IMG/VR virus record: IMGVR_UViG_3300010399_000032
Direction: 5' to 3' (one strand)
DNA length: 64,000 nucleotides
DNA from: a virus
Both the position numbers and the translations under genes were made by a program. Each line of letters starts with the position of its first letter. Positions within the stretch are counted from its first letter, which is position 1. The notes under the pieces are model-generated. The model ran no database searches and had not been told where the DNA came from. It worked only from the letters and a program-made list of their open reading frames with translations. Shown piece after piece: positions 40,109-49,090 of the stretch.

Positions 40109-40738
40109 TTAGACTCGACCTTTATACCATCCATCCGGTATGGAGTCAAGCTTTTTAATTTTTCTATTGGTGATACCATCCGTTATCCACATGGTACCAA
40201 ATTGGGAATTTTTTGTTCCAGTTTGGTGAATTGAATTTGCTTCACCAATTTTTCGTTTGGTTTCTAATGAATGGTTTCGGCCAACCCAATGGTGTATATA
40301 ACCAGCTTGATGTGTTTTAATTAATAAAGAATTTGAAATATTTGCAGACCATTCCTGTTTCCAATTAGAATTCTGCATTAATAATTGTAAATTTTTTGTT
40401 CCAATTTTCCTGTTTTCTTTTGCTATTTCAGCATGTTTAGGATAATTCCATAATTCATTTTGGTTAATATATCCAAACCCACCTTTACCACCTTCACAAA
40501 GATTATAACTCTGCTCGGAAATTACTACCAACTCCTTTTCCTTGGCATTCATTTCTTCCTCAGTCTGGAATACATGGAGGATTTCCTTGGTAAAATTGGA
40601 TTTACCGTATTTTTGAATGGCTCTCCTGATTAATCTACCGGAGCCCATATAACCATCGTTGAGGTCTTTGGTTTGATGCTTCCCGATATAGAATTTACCG
40701 TTGAGGTTATTAGTTATTTTATAGATGGTATAAAACAA
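40109..40738 (-). mobile_element. GIY-YIG homing endonuclease (Seg-like), copy B
   Basis: Same motifs as copy A, plus a NUMOD3-like HSLETKRKIGEA. Confidence 0.9.
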
Positions 40739-40742
40739 TTAG

Positions 40743-40793
40743 GAAATCTCCGGAAGAAAGGTTTTATACCTTATTTCTACTTCCGGAGATTTC
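40743..40793 (-). promoter_or_regulatory. 14-bp perfect hairpin upstream of GIY-YIG copy B
   Basis: GAAATCTCCGGAAG/CTTCCGGAGATTTC; the loop contains TAGAAATA, a late-promoter variant. Confidence 0.55.
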
Positions 40794-40797
40794 AATG

Positions 40798-40868
40798 TTG
40801 GGGAAACTGGATTCGAACCAATATAGGCGATTCCAAAGACCGCCGTCCTGCCGTTAGACGATTCCCCA
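40798..40868 (-). tRNA. tRNA-Gln(TTG)
   Basis: Cloverleaf, U1-A72; CCA not encoded. Confidence 0.87.
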
Positions 40869-41028
40869 TAAAAAATCTGTGGTAGCCCATTGGTTATCAA
40901 GAAACGACCAGGCATATGACCTCCTGGCTACCACCACAATTTGCAAGGCTGGTGTGCATTTACCGCAGCAATCCTCACACCATTTAACAATCAAGTTTTA
41001 TCGCCAGAGGCTTCTTGATTGCACCTAT

Positions 41029-41102
41029 TGGAGCGAGCGGAGGGAATCGAACCCTCGTCTAAACGTTGGCAACGTCTGGCTCTACCATTGAGCTACGCCA
41101 GC
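41029..41102 (-). tRNA. tRNA-Gly(GCC)
   Basis: Cloverleaf, U73, CCA. Confidence 0.88.
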
Positions 41103-41109
41103 ATTAATT

Positions 41110-41183
41110 TGGCACGTCAACTCAGAGTCAAACTGAGGCCCTCGGGTTTGGAGGCCGATGTGCTATCGTAACACTTTTGACGT
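41110..41183 (-). tRNA. tRNA-Trp(CCA)
   Basis: Loop CT-CCA-AA, G73, CCA. Confidence 0.8.
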
Positions 41184-41191
41184 GTATAAAC

Positions 41192-41267
41192 TGGTGCCTA
41201 AGGAGGAAATCGAATCCCCGACGCGTGGATCTTCAATCCACCGCTCTACCGACTGAGCTACATAGGC
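41192..41267 (-). tRNA. tRNA-Phe(GAA)
   Basis: Cloverleaf, CCA. Confidence 0.9.
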
Positions 41268-41275
41268 ATAAAATT

Positions 41276-41350
41276 TGGTAGTCCTACACGGCTTCGAACC
41301 GCAGATACACCCCTATCAAGGGCGCGTTTTTCCAACTAAACTATAGGACC
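41276..41350 (-). tRNA. tRNA-Ile(GAT)
   Basis: Cloverleaf, CCA. Confidence 0.87.
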
Positions 41351-41351
41351 A

Positions 41352-41428
41352 TGGCTCCGGTCGCTGGTTTCGAACCAGCCGTACATTGATTAACAGTCAA
41401 TTGCCTCCACCAAGTTGGCTTGACCGGA
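41352..41428 (-). tRNA. tRNA-Asn(GTT)
   Basis: Cloverleaf, G73, CCA. Confidence 0.9.
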
Positions 41429-41488
41429 ATAATTCTTAATTTATATCATAATATGGAAAGAATGGCAATAGAGTACCTATTATTTATT

Positions 41489-42100
41489 TCAAGTAAGCAC
41501 CAATGAACCATTATTGCCGGGATTGCCGTTTAGACCGCCGTTCTCGCCGGTGCCACCGGCGCCGCCGGAACCGACTGATACGGTTATCGCCACACCAGCC
41601 GAAAAGAGTGAGGCCGTCTTTATAGCCCGACCACCTGTGCCTCCTGCTCCACCTGAGCCGGCGCCAATACCTGCTCCACCTGAGCCGCCGGTACTGCCGC
41701 CGGCCGTGGTGTTAATATCGCCACCCGAGGCCGTGCCGGAAGCGCCGGCCGATCCGTTTGCGGTAGGGTTGCGCTGGCCGCCTTGGCCGCCACCGCCACC
41801 GTTGCCGGTCACGCCGTTTAGACTAGTCTGTCCCCCGGTGCCGCCGGTGCCGGCTATCTGTTGTGTCGAACCACCACTTTCGGAGCCTCCACCACCACCA
41901 CCTCCCGCGGCAATCGCGTCAACTTTGGCGCTAAATGTAAATAGCGGGGTAAGAGTCCATGAGCCGGGCCCGAAGGTGACGGCGCCATTAGCATCAAGGT
42001 CCCATAAGGTTCGCCCTGAAACCGCAGGAGAAATATTAAACTGTCTCGGAGCATATCCGAAACCACCTATAGCAGCGCCAAGCCCTGGTACAATAGTCAT
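41489..42100 (-). CDS. Glycine-rich protein (tail-fibre/polyglycine-like domain)
   Basis: GGxGG repeats, locally GC-rich, TAAATA upstream at ~42131. Confidence 0.6.
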   Translation of the reverse strand: MTIVPGLGAAIGGFGYAPRQFNISPAVSGRTLWDLDANGAVTFGPGSWTLTPLFTFSAKVDAIAAGGGGGGGSESGGSTQQIAGTGGTGGQTSLNGVTGNGGGGGQGGQRNPTANGSAGASGTASGGDINTTAGGSTGGSGGAGIGAGSGGAGGTGGRAIKTASLFSAGVAITVSVGSGGAGGTGENGGLNGNPGNNGSLVLT

Positions 42101-42145
42101 AGAATCTTCCTAAATCGATGAATGATCACCTATTTAGGAAGAATT

Positions 42146-42346
42146 TTAAATGTTTACCCCTGAAAGTGACAGTGGATGAACTAGCAACACAATACCTGCA
42201 ATTGCCCATATCAACCATCCTAGGATGGCTTTAAGCCCACCATCCATGAACGGTGCTGTAGAAATCAACCAATTCAATCCAACTGCAACTGCAATAACGA
42301 CAATAGCAAAAATTGCAAATGTTAATAGTGCTGTGGCTGTAATCAT
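42146..42346 (-). CDS. Small two-TM membrane protein
   Basis: Starts MITATALL after a GAGG RBS. Confidence 0.55.
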   Translation of the reverse strand: MITATALLTFAIFAIVVIAVAVGLNWLISTAPFMDGGLKAILGWLIWAIAGIVLLVHPLSLSGVNI

Positions 42347-42363
42347 TGATTGCTTCCTCTTAT

Positions 42364-42438
42364 TGGAGCGGCCAGGGAGATTCGAACTCCCGACGTATTG
42401 CTTGGAAGGCAATCATTCTACCCCTGAATTATAGCCGC
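42364..42438 (-). tRNA. tRNA-Gly(TCC)
   Basis: Cloverleaf, U73, CCA. Confidence 0.9.
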
Positions 42439-42440
42439 AT

Positions 42441-43133
42441 TTATTTCTTCAAAAGTTTATCAATAGAATCTAATGTGGCAAACCAGGAAATGTTGTTATT
42501 ATCACTCTGGACGAACGATGCTAACCCCACCAAATAGTATTGCCCATTTATATTTGCATATAATCCACCACCTGAATTACCTACATCAAGTGGTACGGAC
42601 GTTCGATAAAATAATCCAGAAATATCTGGAACAGGAGACTTGGTTACTGACCCGAATTCTCCATTAGTCTTTAAAATACCTTCCGCTCTAGGAAAACCTA
42701 CGGTGAATAAAGCATCACCAAATTGTGGGATATATCCTTTTGGGGCCAGTTGAACATATGGTTCTTTAATACTGGTATCTTGTAATTTCAAAATAGCTAT
42801 ATCATTGGATATATCTAATGAAACCAATGATAATTTATAATGAGTTTCAGTTACAACGTTAAGATTGGTATCTACCGAAACGTCATGCAAACTAAATGAG
42901 GTTCCCACCTTTCCATTATCCGCAACACAGTGACCGGCTGTTAAATATTCTGTGGGGCTAATAAATTCACCCGAACAGGTAGCGGATTCTGCATTACCCG
43001 ATGCATCAGCCATACCAGAAGTGTAAAGTTCCTTGGTTGCTGATTGAATGGTGGCTAAACTACTCGCAAAAACAGGGCTCGATAATCCAAGGATTAATCC
43101 AACCCCTATGATAACTGATTTGAAAATATTCAT
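42441..43133 (-). CDS. Secreted trypsin-like serine protease
   Basis: Signal peptide; LTAGHC, DIAIL, GNSGGGL catalytic triad. Confidence 0.9.
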   Translation of the reverse strand: MNIFKSVIIGVGLILGLSSPVFASSLATIQSATKELYTSGMADASGNAESATCSGEFISPTEYLTAGHCVADNGKVGTSFSLHDVSVDTNLNVVTETHYKLSLVSLDISNDIAILKLQDTSIKEPYVQLAPKGYIPQFGDALFTVGFPRAEGILKTNGEFGSVTKSPVPDISGLFYRTSVPLDVGNSGGGLYANINGQYYLVGLASFVQSDNNNISWFATLDSIDKLLKK

Positions 43134-43178
43134 AATGTCTCCTTTCATGGAAACCCTATTTATGAATATTTTCGAAAA

Positions 43179-43268
43179 TGGTGGGTCCCCGAGGACTCGA
43201 ACCTCTCGTCCACCCCCTACCGGTTTCATAGACAGCGGTTTTACAGACCGCAGGCAGGAAAGGGACCC
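43179..43268 (-). tRNA. Non-canonical tRNA-Tyr(GTA) with relocated D-stem
   Basis: GGGTCCC/GGGACCC-ACCA, GCGGT-CTGTAAA-ACCGC, no D hairpin. Confidence 0.75.
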
Positions 43269-43272
43269 GAAA

Positions 43273-43366
43273 TGGCGGATAGTGTAGGATTTGAACCCAC
43301 GGAACGGGATGATTACCGTTCAACAGTTTTCAGGACTGCCGGCATAAGCCACTCGCCCAACTATCC
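43273..43366 (-). tRNA. tRNA-Ser(TGA)
   Basis: Long variable arm, G73, C33. Confidence 0.88.
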
Positions 43367-43375
43367 ATTAAATTT

Positions 43376-43454
43376 TGGTGGACTCGGTCGGAATCGAACC
43401 GACCTCAGCCTCCTTGCAAGGGAGGCTCGCCTAACCCTTGGTACATTCGAGCCC
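43376..43454 (-). tRNA. tRNA-Ala(TGC)
   Basis: G3:U70, loop CT-TGC-AA, CCA. Confidence 0.85.
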
Positions 43455-43531
43455 ATTGAATTTTGGATGACCTCAGGCTTTCCAGTCATCCCGATTGAGA
43501 TTTTACCACCAATGGTACTCAATCATATTTA

Positions 43532-43608
43532 TGGCGTCGGGCGTGGTTCTAACCCACATTCGAGTTTCCGGTTGTTCCTACCGGGCTCAGCATCATGCTA
43601 TACCCAAC
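43532..43608 (-). ncRNA. Degenerate tRNA-like element ending in GCCA
   Basis: Acceptor-like GTTGGGT/GCCCGAC, CCGGT/ACCGG stem, aberrant T loop. Confidence 0.35.
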
Positions 43609-43613
43609 AAAAA

Positions 43614-43687
43614 TGGCGGTTCCAAGGGGAATCGAACCCCTGTGACTTGATAGACGGTCAAGCATTCTACCATTGAACTATGGAACC
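43614..43687 (-). tRNA. tRNA-Asp(GTC)
   Basis: Cloverleaf, G73; unusual loop CC-GTC-TA. Confidence 0.85.
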
Positions 43688-43692
43688 AAAAA

Positions 43693-43864
43693 TGGCACAT
43701 TCCGCGGGATTCGAACCAGTCCACCGTCACAGTGGCTTTTTACGCATCTCCAGGCCCGAAACCAAACAAGCTTTTGACTGACTAGGTCTAATCACTGGGT
43801 ATATTTGGCTGGTTTCCTTACGGCCCAACCGACCTGGTGTTTTACCATTTACTACTAGGAATGT
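43693..43864 (-). ncRNA. Expanded tRNA-like RNA with insertions in the anticodon loop and T-stem
   Basis: ACATTCC/GGAATGT-GCCA, D-arm ...TGGTAAAAC, CCAGG/CCTGG enclosing ~75 nt, GGTTCGAATCC. Confidence 0.6.
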
Positions 43865-43867
43865 AAC

Positions 43868-44002
43868 TCGATTACGTCTAAGGTTAATCTTGTGCTGGTC
43901 GGTGTTGAACCGGCATCGAGGCGCTTTCGACACCCCATTTTTCCTTAAACTACATCCAATTTGAGGCCTCGCGATGGCCATGTTAACCTTAGACGTAATC
44001 GA
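43868..44002. repeat. 20-bp perfect inverted repeat enclosing a tRNA-like core
   Basis: TCGATTACGTCTAAGGTTAA (43868-43887) / TTAACCTTAGACGTAATCGA (43983-44002). Confidence 0.8.
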
Positions 44003-44321
44003 ATAGAAATTTTCCAGTACCGAAGTCACGCCAACGATTTTGTGACTTTCACCCTTCTCGGGCACATTACCAGGCTCATCCCCATCGCGGTGCCTGTTTC
44101 AAACATACTGGCAGGTAGGGCAATTTTCGACTATCACCACAACCTCAAGCTTACCAGGATTGTTCTAGAATTTGCCTGGTATAGCCTTTGAACTAAATTG
44201 GTGCGGCACTCTCTGCGGGCTTTTACCACACTTATCGCATGTCTGGCCGTTGTGTCGCGGAAAACCAGAAGTGCTTTCTGTGACAGAGGAAGCCAATTGG
44301 TCTTATTTTCCTCTGTCAAAT

Positions 44322-44398
44322 TGGTCTGGCTAGAAAGATTCAAACTTTCGACCCCCTGGTCCCAAGCCAGGTGCTCTATCAAGCTGAGCTATAGCCAG
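44322..44398 (-). tRNA. tRNA-Pro(TGG)
   Basis: C1-G72, A73, CCA. Confidence 0.85.
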
Positions 44399-44480
44399 TC
44401 AAGAATTTAATGGGCCAATGTTTTGATAACCGAGAATTGGTCCTTTACACCTTTCGGCGCACCTCTATACTCGGTAGAAA

Positions 44481-44559
44481 TGGTCGGCCCTGTGGGATTC
44501 GAACTCACGATCCCCTGCTCCCAAAGCAGGTGCTTTAAACCACACTAAGCTAAAAGCCG
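44481..44559 (-). tRNA. tRNA-Pro(TGG), second copy
   Basis: CGG acceptor, CCA. Confidence 0.88.
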
Positions 44560-44796
44560 TTTTAAGAATAAGAAATCTGGGTCTGCCCCAACGCCTGAGG
44601 CGCTATCCTCAAGTTCAATTACCATGGCAGATAGGTTGGATTCGTCCTGTGGTCCGCAGACACACCTTCATCCTCGGGCTTTCGTTCCCAGAAACTAAGC
44701 CGGTGCAGTTTATTTAGCCCGCCGGAAGGCTCTACTCTTATATCCTTCTCCTCACCCCTTGGGTACCTGGGTTCGATACGTCCTGATATAAGAAAC

Positions 44797-45156
44797 TTAA
44801 TACTTCTCCCACCGGTCCTTCATCTTTTCGATGTTTTCCTGAGGAACACCATGGAGATTAACATAGGAACCTTCCATAGTCAAGACCGTTTTGGGGTTGG
44901 GTAAATTCAGATACTTCTGGAATTCCCAAATTCGTGAAAAGGTGTTAGCTACTGCAACATCCGTATTCCTTAACCACCAAAGTACCTCATTATAGCACCA
45001 TTCGTGGGCCTGTGGCAACTTCGATGGATTGAACTGATATTCGCCAGCATTCTCAAAAAACTGGTCGGACTCAACTACCTTGACTCCGAGTTTGTGGGCA
45101 AAAGTACTCTTACCAGAGCCAGGAAGCCCACGAATGATATAAAGATGGTTCATCAT
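44797..45156 (-). CDS. P-loop polynucleotide kinase-like protein (AAA_33)
   Basis: RGLPGSGKST, AHEWC, NTF, HGVP. Confidence 0.82.
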   Translation of the reverse strand: MMNHLYIIRGLPGSGKSTFAHKLGVKVVESDQFFENAGEYQFNPSKLPQAHEWCYNEVLWWLRNTDVAVANTFSRIWEFQKYLNLPNPKTVLTMEGSYVNLHGVPQENIEKMKDRWEKY

Positions 45157-46155
45157 TTATCCATATAAGTGTCAACCCAAAGGGACCAGACACCCCGCGC
45201 TTCCTTCTCGGTCAACCCGTAGGTATCAGCCAGAATAGGAGCAGCACCAAACATATTCACCAGACCCGACTCGCGGAGAGCATCGAGGAAGCCATAGAAC
45301 TTCTTAAGCTCATCCTGGGTAAAAACACGGGTACTATTCGAGGTATTCTTGGTCATCACGACCTCGTTCTCTAAACTCATAATGGAGATATAATGCTTAT
45401 CCTCAGATTTTCAATGGTCAGAATTTGAAATATTTTTGCGTTGTTTTTGCTTTTCAGAGAATTCTTTTGTATGTTTCATCGCCTGATCAATGGCTTTTTG
45501 CAAGTTAACGATTTTAAGGTATAACATCAAACCATCTTGCCAACCATCTTCCTTACATCCGGCTAATGCATAAGTCACTAATTCTGTTTGCATTTCGCTT
45601 GCAGTTTTAGCGATATAACTCAAATCAGACTTATAAAACTTAGTCATATCACCGATTCATCTTTTAATATACATCAAACCCAATTCACTTACAGGTTTAT
45701 AACCGTTAGATAATAATTCCTCTTTGGTCTTGGAATTCTCATATAATAGTTTTACCGCGTTATTACTAATTGGTTGAACGCCAATTAATTCCTGCGCAAT
45801 TTTATTTGGGCCGTTTTCCCGTATTTTTCGTAATTCATCCGGATTTAGCATTAAACACCATCACCCAGGTGCAAATCATGTATCATCTTGGCTGCCATAA
45901 TAATCCCAAATAGGATTAAACCAATGACAAAAACTAACTCGGTGTAAAAGATGATCTGGCTCATTTAATATTTAGAATACGAATAAATCATAACAAAAAT
46001 CAATGTAAGTACAGCCGAGAATATTGCTGTAATGAAAAATCTATTTTGAATGTCTGGATATGGAAGCCAAATGGCCAATAACCCGGTAACAATCACTATA
46101 ATTCCCGTGACCCAAAACATCCAAGCTTTAATCATCATATTCTCATTATTTAATG

Positions 46156-46231
46156 TGGTGCGCAAGGTGGGGGTTGAACCCACGCTACCAGCGTTTTGAG
46201 GGCTGCGACTCTACCTTTGGTCTACTTGCGC
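46156..46231 (-). tRNA. tRNA-Leu(CAA), short variable loop
   Basis: Cloverleaf; paralog of Leu(TAG). Confidence 0.85.
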
Positions 46232-46473
46232 TTAAAATCCGTGAGTATCATATGGTTCGCGAACCCTGGTATCACCCAAAAATGAACTATACATACCAGA
46301 CGCGAGAGAAATTATAACCAACACAATGGCGGTTGCTATCATACTTGATTGAGTGTCACCCGATTCCCAACAAGCAATAAGGGCACCTAACCCAGCCGAA
46401 ATTGCTGCAAATAAAGAAACAATACCCCAGAATAATCGATAACCTTCACTCTTATGCATTTTATATCCTATTA

Positions 46474-46551
46474 TGGTGCTCCCACTGGGATTCGAACCCA
46501 GACTGGGCGGGATTTAAATCCGCTGCCTCCTACCGGTTGGGCTATGAGAGC
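46474..46551 (-). tRNA. tRNA-Leu(TAA), short variable loop
   Basis: Cloverleaf, CCA. Confidence 0.85.
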
Positions 46552-46563
46552 AATTTCTAAAAC

Positions 46564-46640
46564 TGGTGCTCCTGGAGGAACTCGAATCCTCACTTGACAC
46601 CTCCTCAAGGTGGTTCCTCTACCTATTGGGATACAGGAGC
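46564..46640 (-). tRNA. tRNA-Leu(GAG), short variable loop
   Basis: Cloverleaf, CCA. Confidence 0.83.
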
Positions 46641-47359
46641 TAATTTATTCATGTATTCTATACCAGAATTGGTGATCTTGGCAAGAGTAACTTTTTTACG
46701 AACACCATCACCAATTCGGCACAATGTCATATATTTATGACTCAAAAGGAATTTCATTGCTGGTTCTTGCACCAGGGCGAAGCACCATTTGATATTCACA
46801 GAAACTCCATCAAGTGCATGGGCCCTATGAAGGATTTCCAGTTTTCTCTTTGCAGAATTGGAAATCCTATTACTCATGTCGTATACCTAAACACAAAATC
46901 CTTCTTAGGACCACGTTTTGTACTAGCATATGGATAAAACTTACCCTTGATCCTCTTCCTTATAGTCACCACAAAAGCCCTCATGGAACCAATATGCCAA
47001 TGATCAACACCAGGTTGCTTTACATTGTAGAGACGCCAAGGTACCTTCACCTCACCGGCTGAATTTGCATCGCGCCAGGCATTCCGACGTTCGGCGCGAT
47101 ATGTACTCGAATCTCTAATCATTCCACTTTCTCCAATTCAGGTCCTTTTAGGAAGGTATTGAAATCGAAATCCTTACCTTTTTGGACAATCCTAGCTCGG
47201 GTAAATCCCTCATAGAAATTTGGAGAGATTTCCTTGGCCTGTGGTAGAGTTGAAATGAAAACTCGACCGGCGATCTGATTTTCTACGGGTTCCTCGAAAC
47301 GGGCTCGACCATAGAAATATTCAACAAAAAATTCAGGGGTTTCCATGACAATTCCAAAA

Positions 47360-47441
47360 TGGTGATCCTGGCCGGGCTCGAACCGACATACTCCACTTAC
47401 GCTATTAACGACCGCTTAGAAGGCGGTGGCGATACAGGACC
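47360..47441 (-). tRNA. Non-canonical tRNA-Arg(TCT) with relocated D-stem
   Basis: ACCGC-CTTCTAA-GCGGT, T-arm, ACCA; paralog of 36333-36414. Confidence 0.75.
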
Positions 47442-48044
47442 ATGAGTTATTATTTATACGATATACACTGTCTTTTTATCATCCACAGGGTTTTCTCGTG
47501 GAATATAGACGTGATCAACTGGGTCATAAATGACCTCGACACCATCGATGGTCAACTTTCCGGTATACTTATCACGAGTTGCTACAGTAGTTTCTGGCCA
47601 AATGAACCGACCAATGCCAGCACCGGCCATCACAAGATCAATTGGTCCTTTACGCAATCCAAGTTTCCGAGCCATTTTTTTCTCCAGATAAGTTACCGTC
47701 GGGAAGGTCATGATAGGATTTCTAGTCTAGCTTAAGAACTAGCCCTCTGGTTCCCCGTTTCCTTCCCGACGGCATTCGCCTTTTCATATGCACCATCCAA
47801 TATAAGCTTTTCCCTTAGGAATTCAAGAGCATTTTTAAACTTTCTGCATCAGGGGCGAAAGTTTCCTGCCCCTCGCGAATAGCCAAGAAACCATGAACCA
47901 TTGCATGAGAGAAATCTACCTCGCGACTCTCATATATCACATCCCAACCACCATCAAAATGGAAAACTGGCTTAAAACTACCATCCGGGTGTGTCTTAAA
48001 TGTCACACTCCGAAAACCAGTCAGATTGCGAATATTAAACGTGT

Positions 48045-48617
48045 TCATGGAGTTTTCCCTTCCCACTCCATATGGTGATTGACGTAAATATCTTCAACCC
48101 TTTTCCAGACATACCAGGCATGATCTTCTGTACCGGTAGTAGGACCTGAGAACCATTTGATACGATCTAGCAGCGCTATCTTTCCCCAGAACCGTCGATT
48201 ATCTCGAAATAGGTGGGTCCTGGATTTACCAAAATCAAACTTAGCAGTCAGGAGTAAGGCAACCGTTCCTGGGCACCTGGAGAGCGCCAATTCAGCAAAC
48301 TTAACCGCATCCCGGTTACCTTTACCGTAGGGCGGATTGGTTATGATCATATCGAATTTTTGTTCGATGGTCGAATTATTAGCATTCAAAAAATTATAGG
48401 TGAAATTATGCTCTCGATTATAGGTCTTGATATCGGATGATATAACCGTGGCCCCATTATCTCGCAATACATCCGCCAATAAATGATTCCCGGCAGCCGG
48501 TTCCCATACTGTTCGGCCTTGAATTTCAATATGACGGAGCAAAGCTTCGGTTGCCCAAGGCTCTGTTTGATAGAGGTCATTTTCTTTTCGGGCATAATTC
48601 GACGCCACTACGGTCAA
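48045..48617 (-). CDS. DNA amino-methyltransferase (N6-adenine type)
   Basis: DLYQTE.W, WEPAAG motif I, TNPPY motif IV. Confidence 0.85.
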   Translation of the reverse strand: MTVVASNYARKENDLYQTEPWATEALLRHIEIQGRTVWEPAAGNHLLADVLRDNGATVISSDIKTYNREHNFTYNFLNANNSTIEQKFDMIITNPPYGKGNRDAVKFAELALSRCPGTVALLLTAKFDFGKSRTHLFRDNRRFWGKIALLDRIKWFSGPTTGTEDHAWYVWKRVEDIYVNHHMEWEGKTP

Positions 48618-48725
48618 GAGGGCACCTTATGAAGTGGAGGTCCTCCACATTTCTCAATAAATGCAATTATCATTACAGCACCACAAATGACTAAGTTACA
48701 TAACATGAATAGATCAGTCAAAGAA

Positions 48726-49058
48726 TTAAGCACCATTTGCAATAATCCTATGAACTCCAGATTTCGAAACTCCCATTTGACGTGCGATTTCGGCCCCATT
48801 TAAAGTCTTAGCAAGCTTTAGAACCTCGGCATGATTAATAGGGCGCCGAATTCTTTTTGTGACGATTTCATTATGTTTTAGATGTGATTTAATATTCACA
48901 TCCTCCAACTGTTGGATGTAATTCATCAACGGTTGAATCGTACCAAACGCCAAATATCGGTCCGTCATAAAACTTGCATCTGAAACCAATGCTATTGGTT
49001 TGACAAGGCGTTCCTGAACCGCGGTAACCGACTTCATAAATTGCTTATTCATTTTCAC
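48726..49058 (-). CDS. HTH DNA-binding protein
   Basis: C-terminal GAEIARQMGVSKSGVHRII. Confidence 0.65.
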   Translation of the reverse strand: MKMNKQFMKSVTAVQERLVKPIALVSDASFMTDRYLAFGTIQPLMNYIQQLEDVNIKSHLKHNEIVTKRIRRPINHAEVLKLAKTLNGAEIARQMGVSKSGVHRIIANGA

Positions 49059-49090
49059 TTCACCTTTTCATTCTCTAGATAGAATAGAAA

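Noticed and set aside
41514-42113. Plus-strand Pro-rich 199-aa ORF and other plus-strand ORFs in the track
   Set aside because: These are antisense shadows of minus-strand genes, with no RBS or motif support.
43272-44410. ORFs at 43272-43676, 43727-44065 and 44134-44410
   Set aside because: They overlap tRNA and structured-RNA genes and have no protein motifs.
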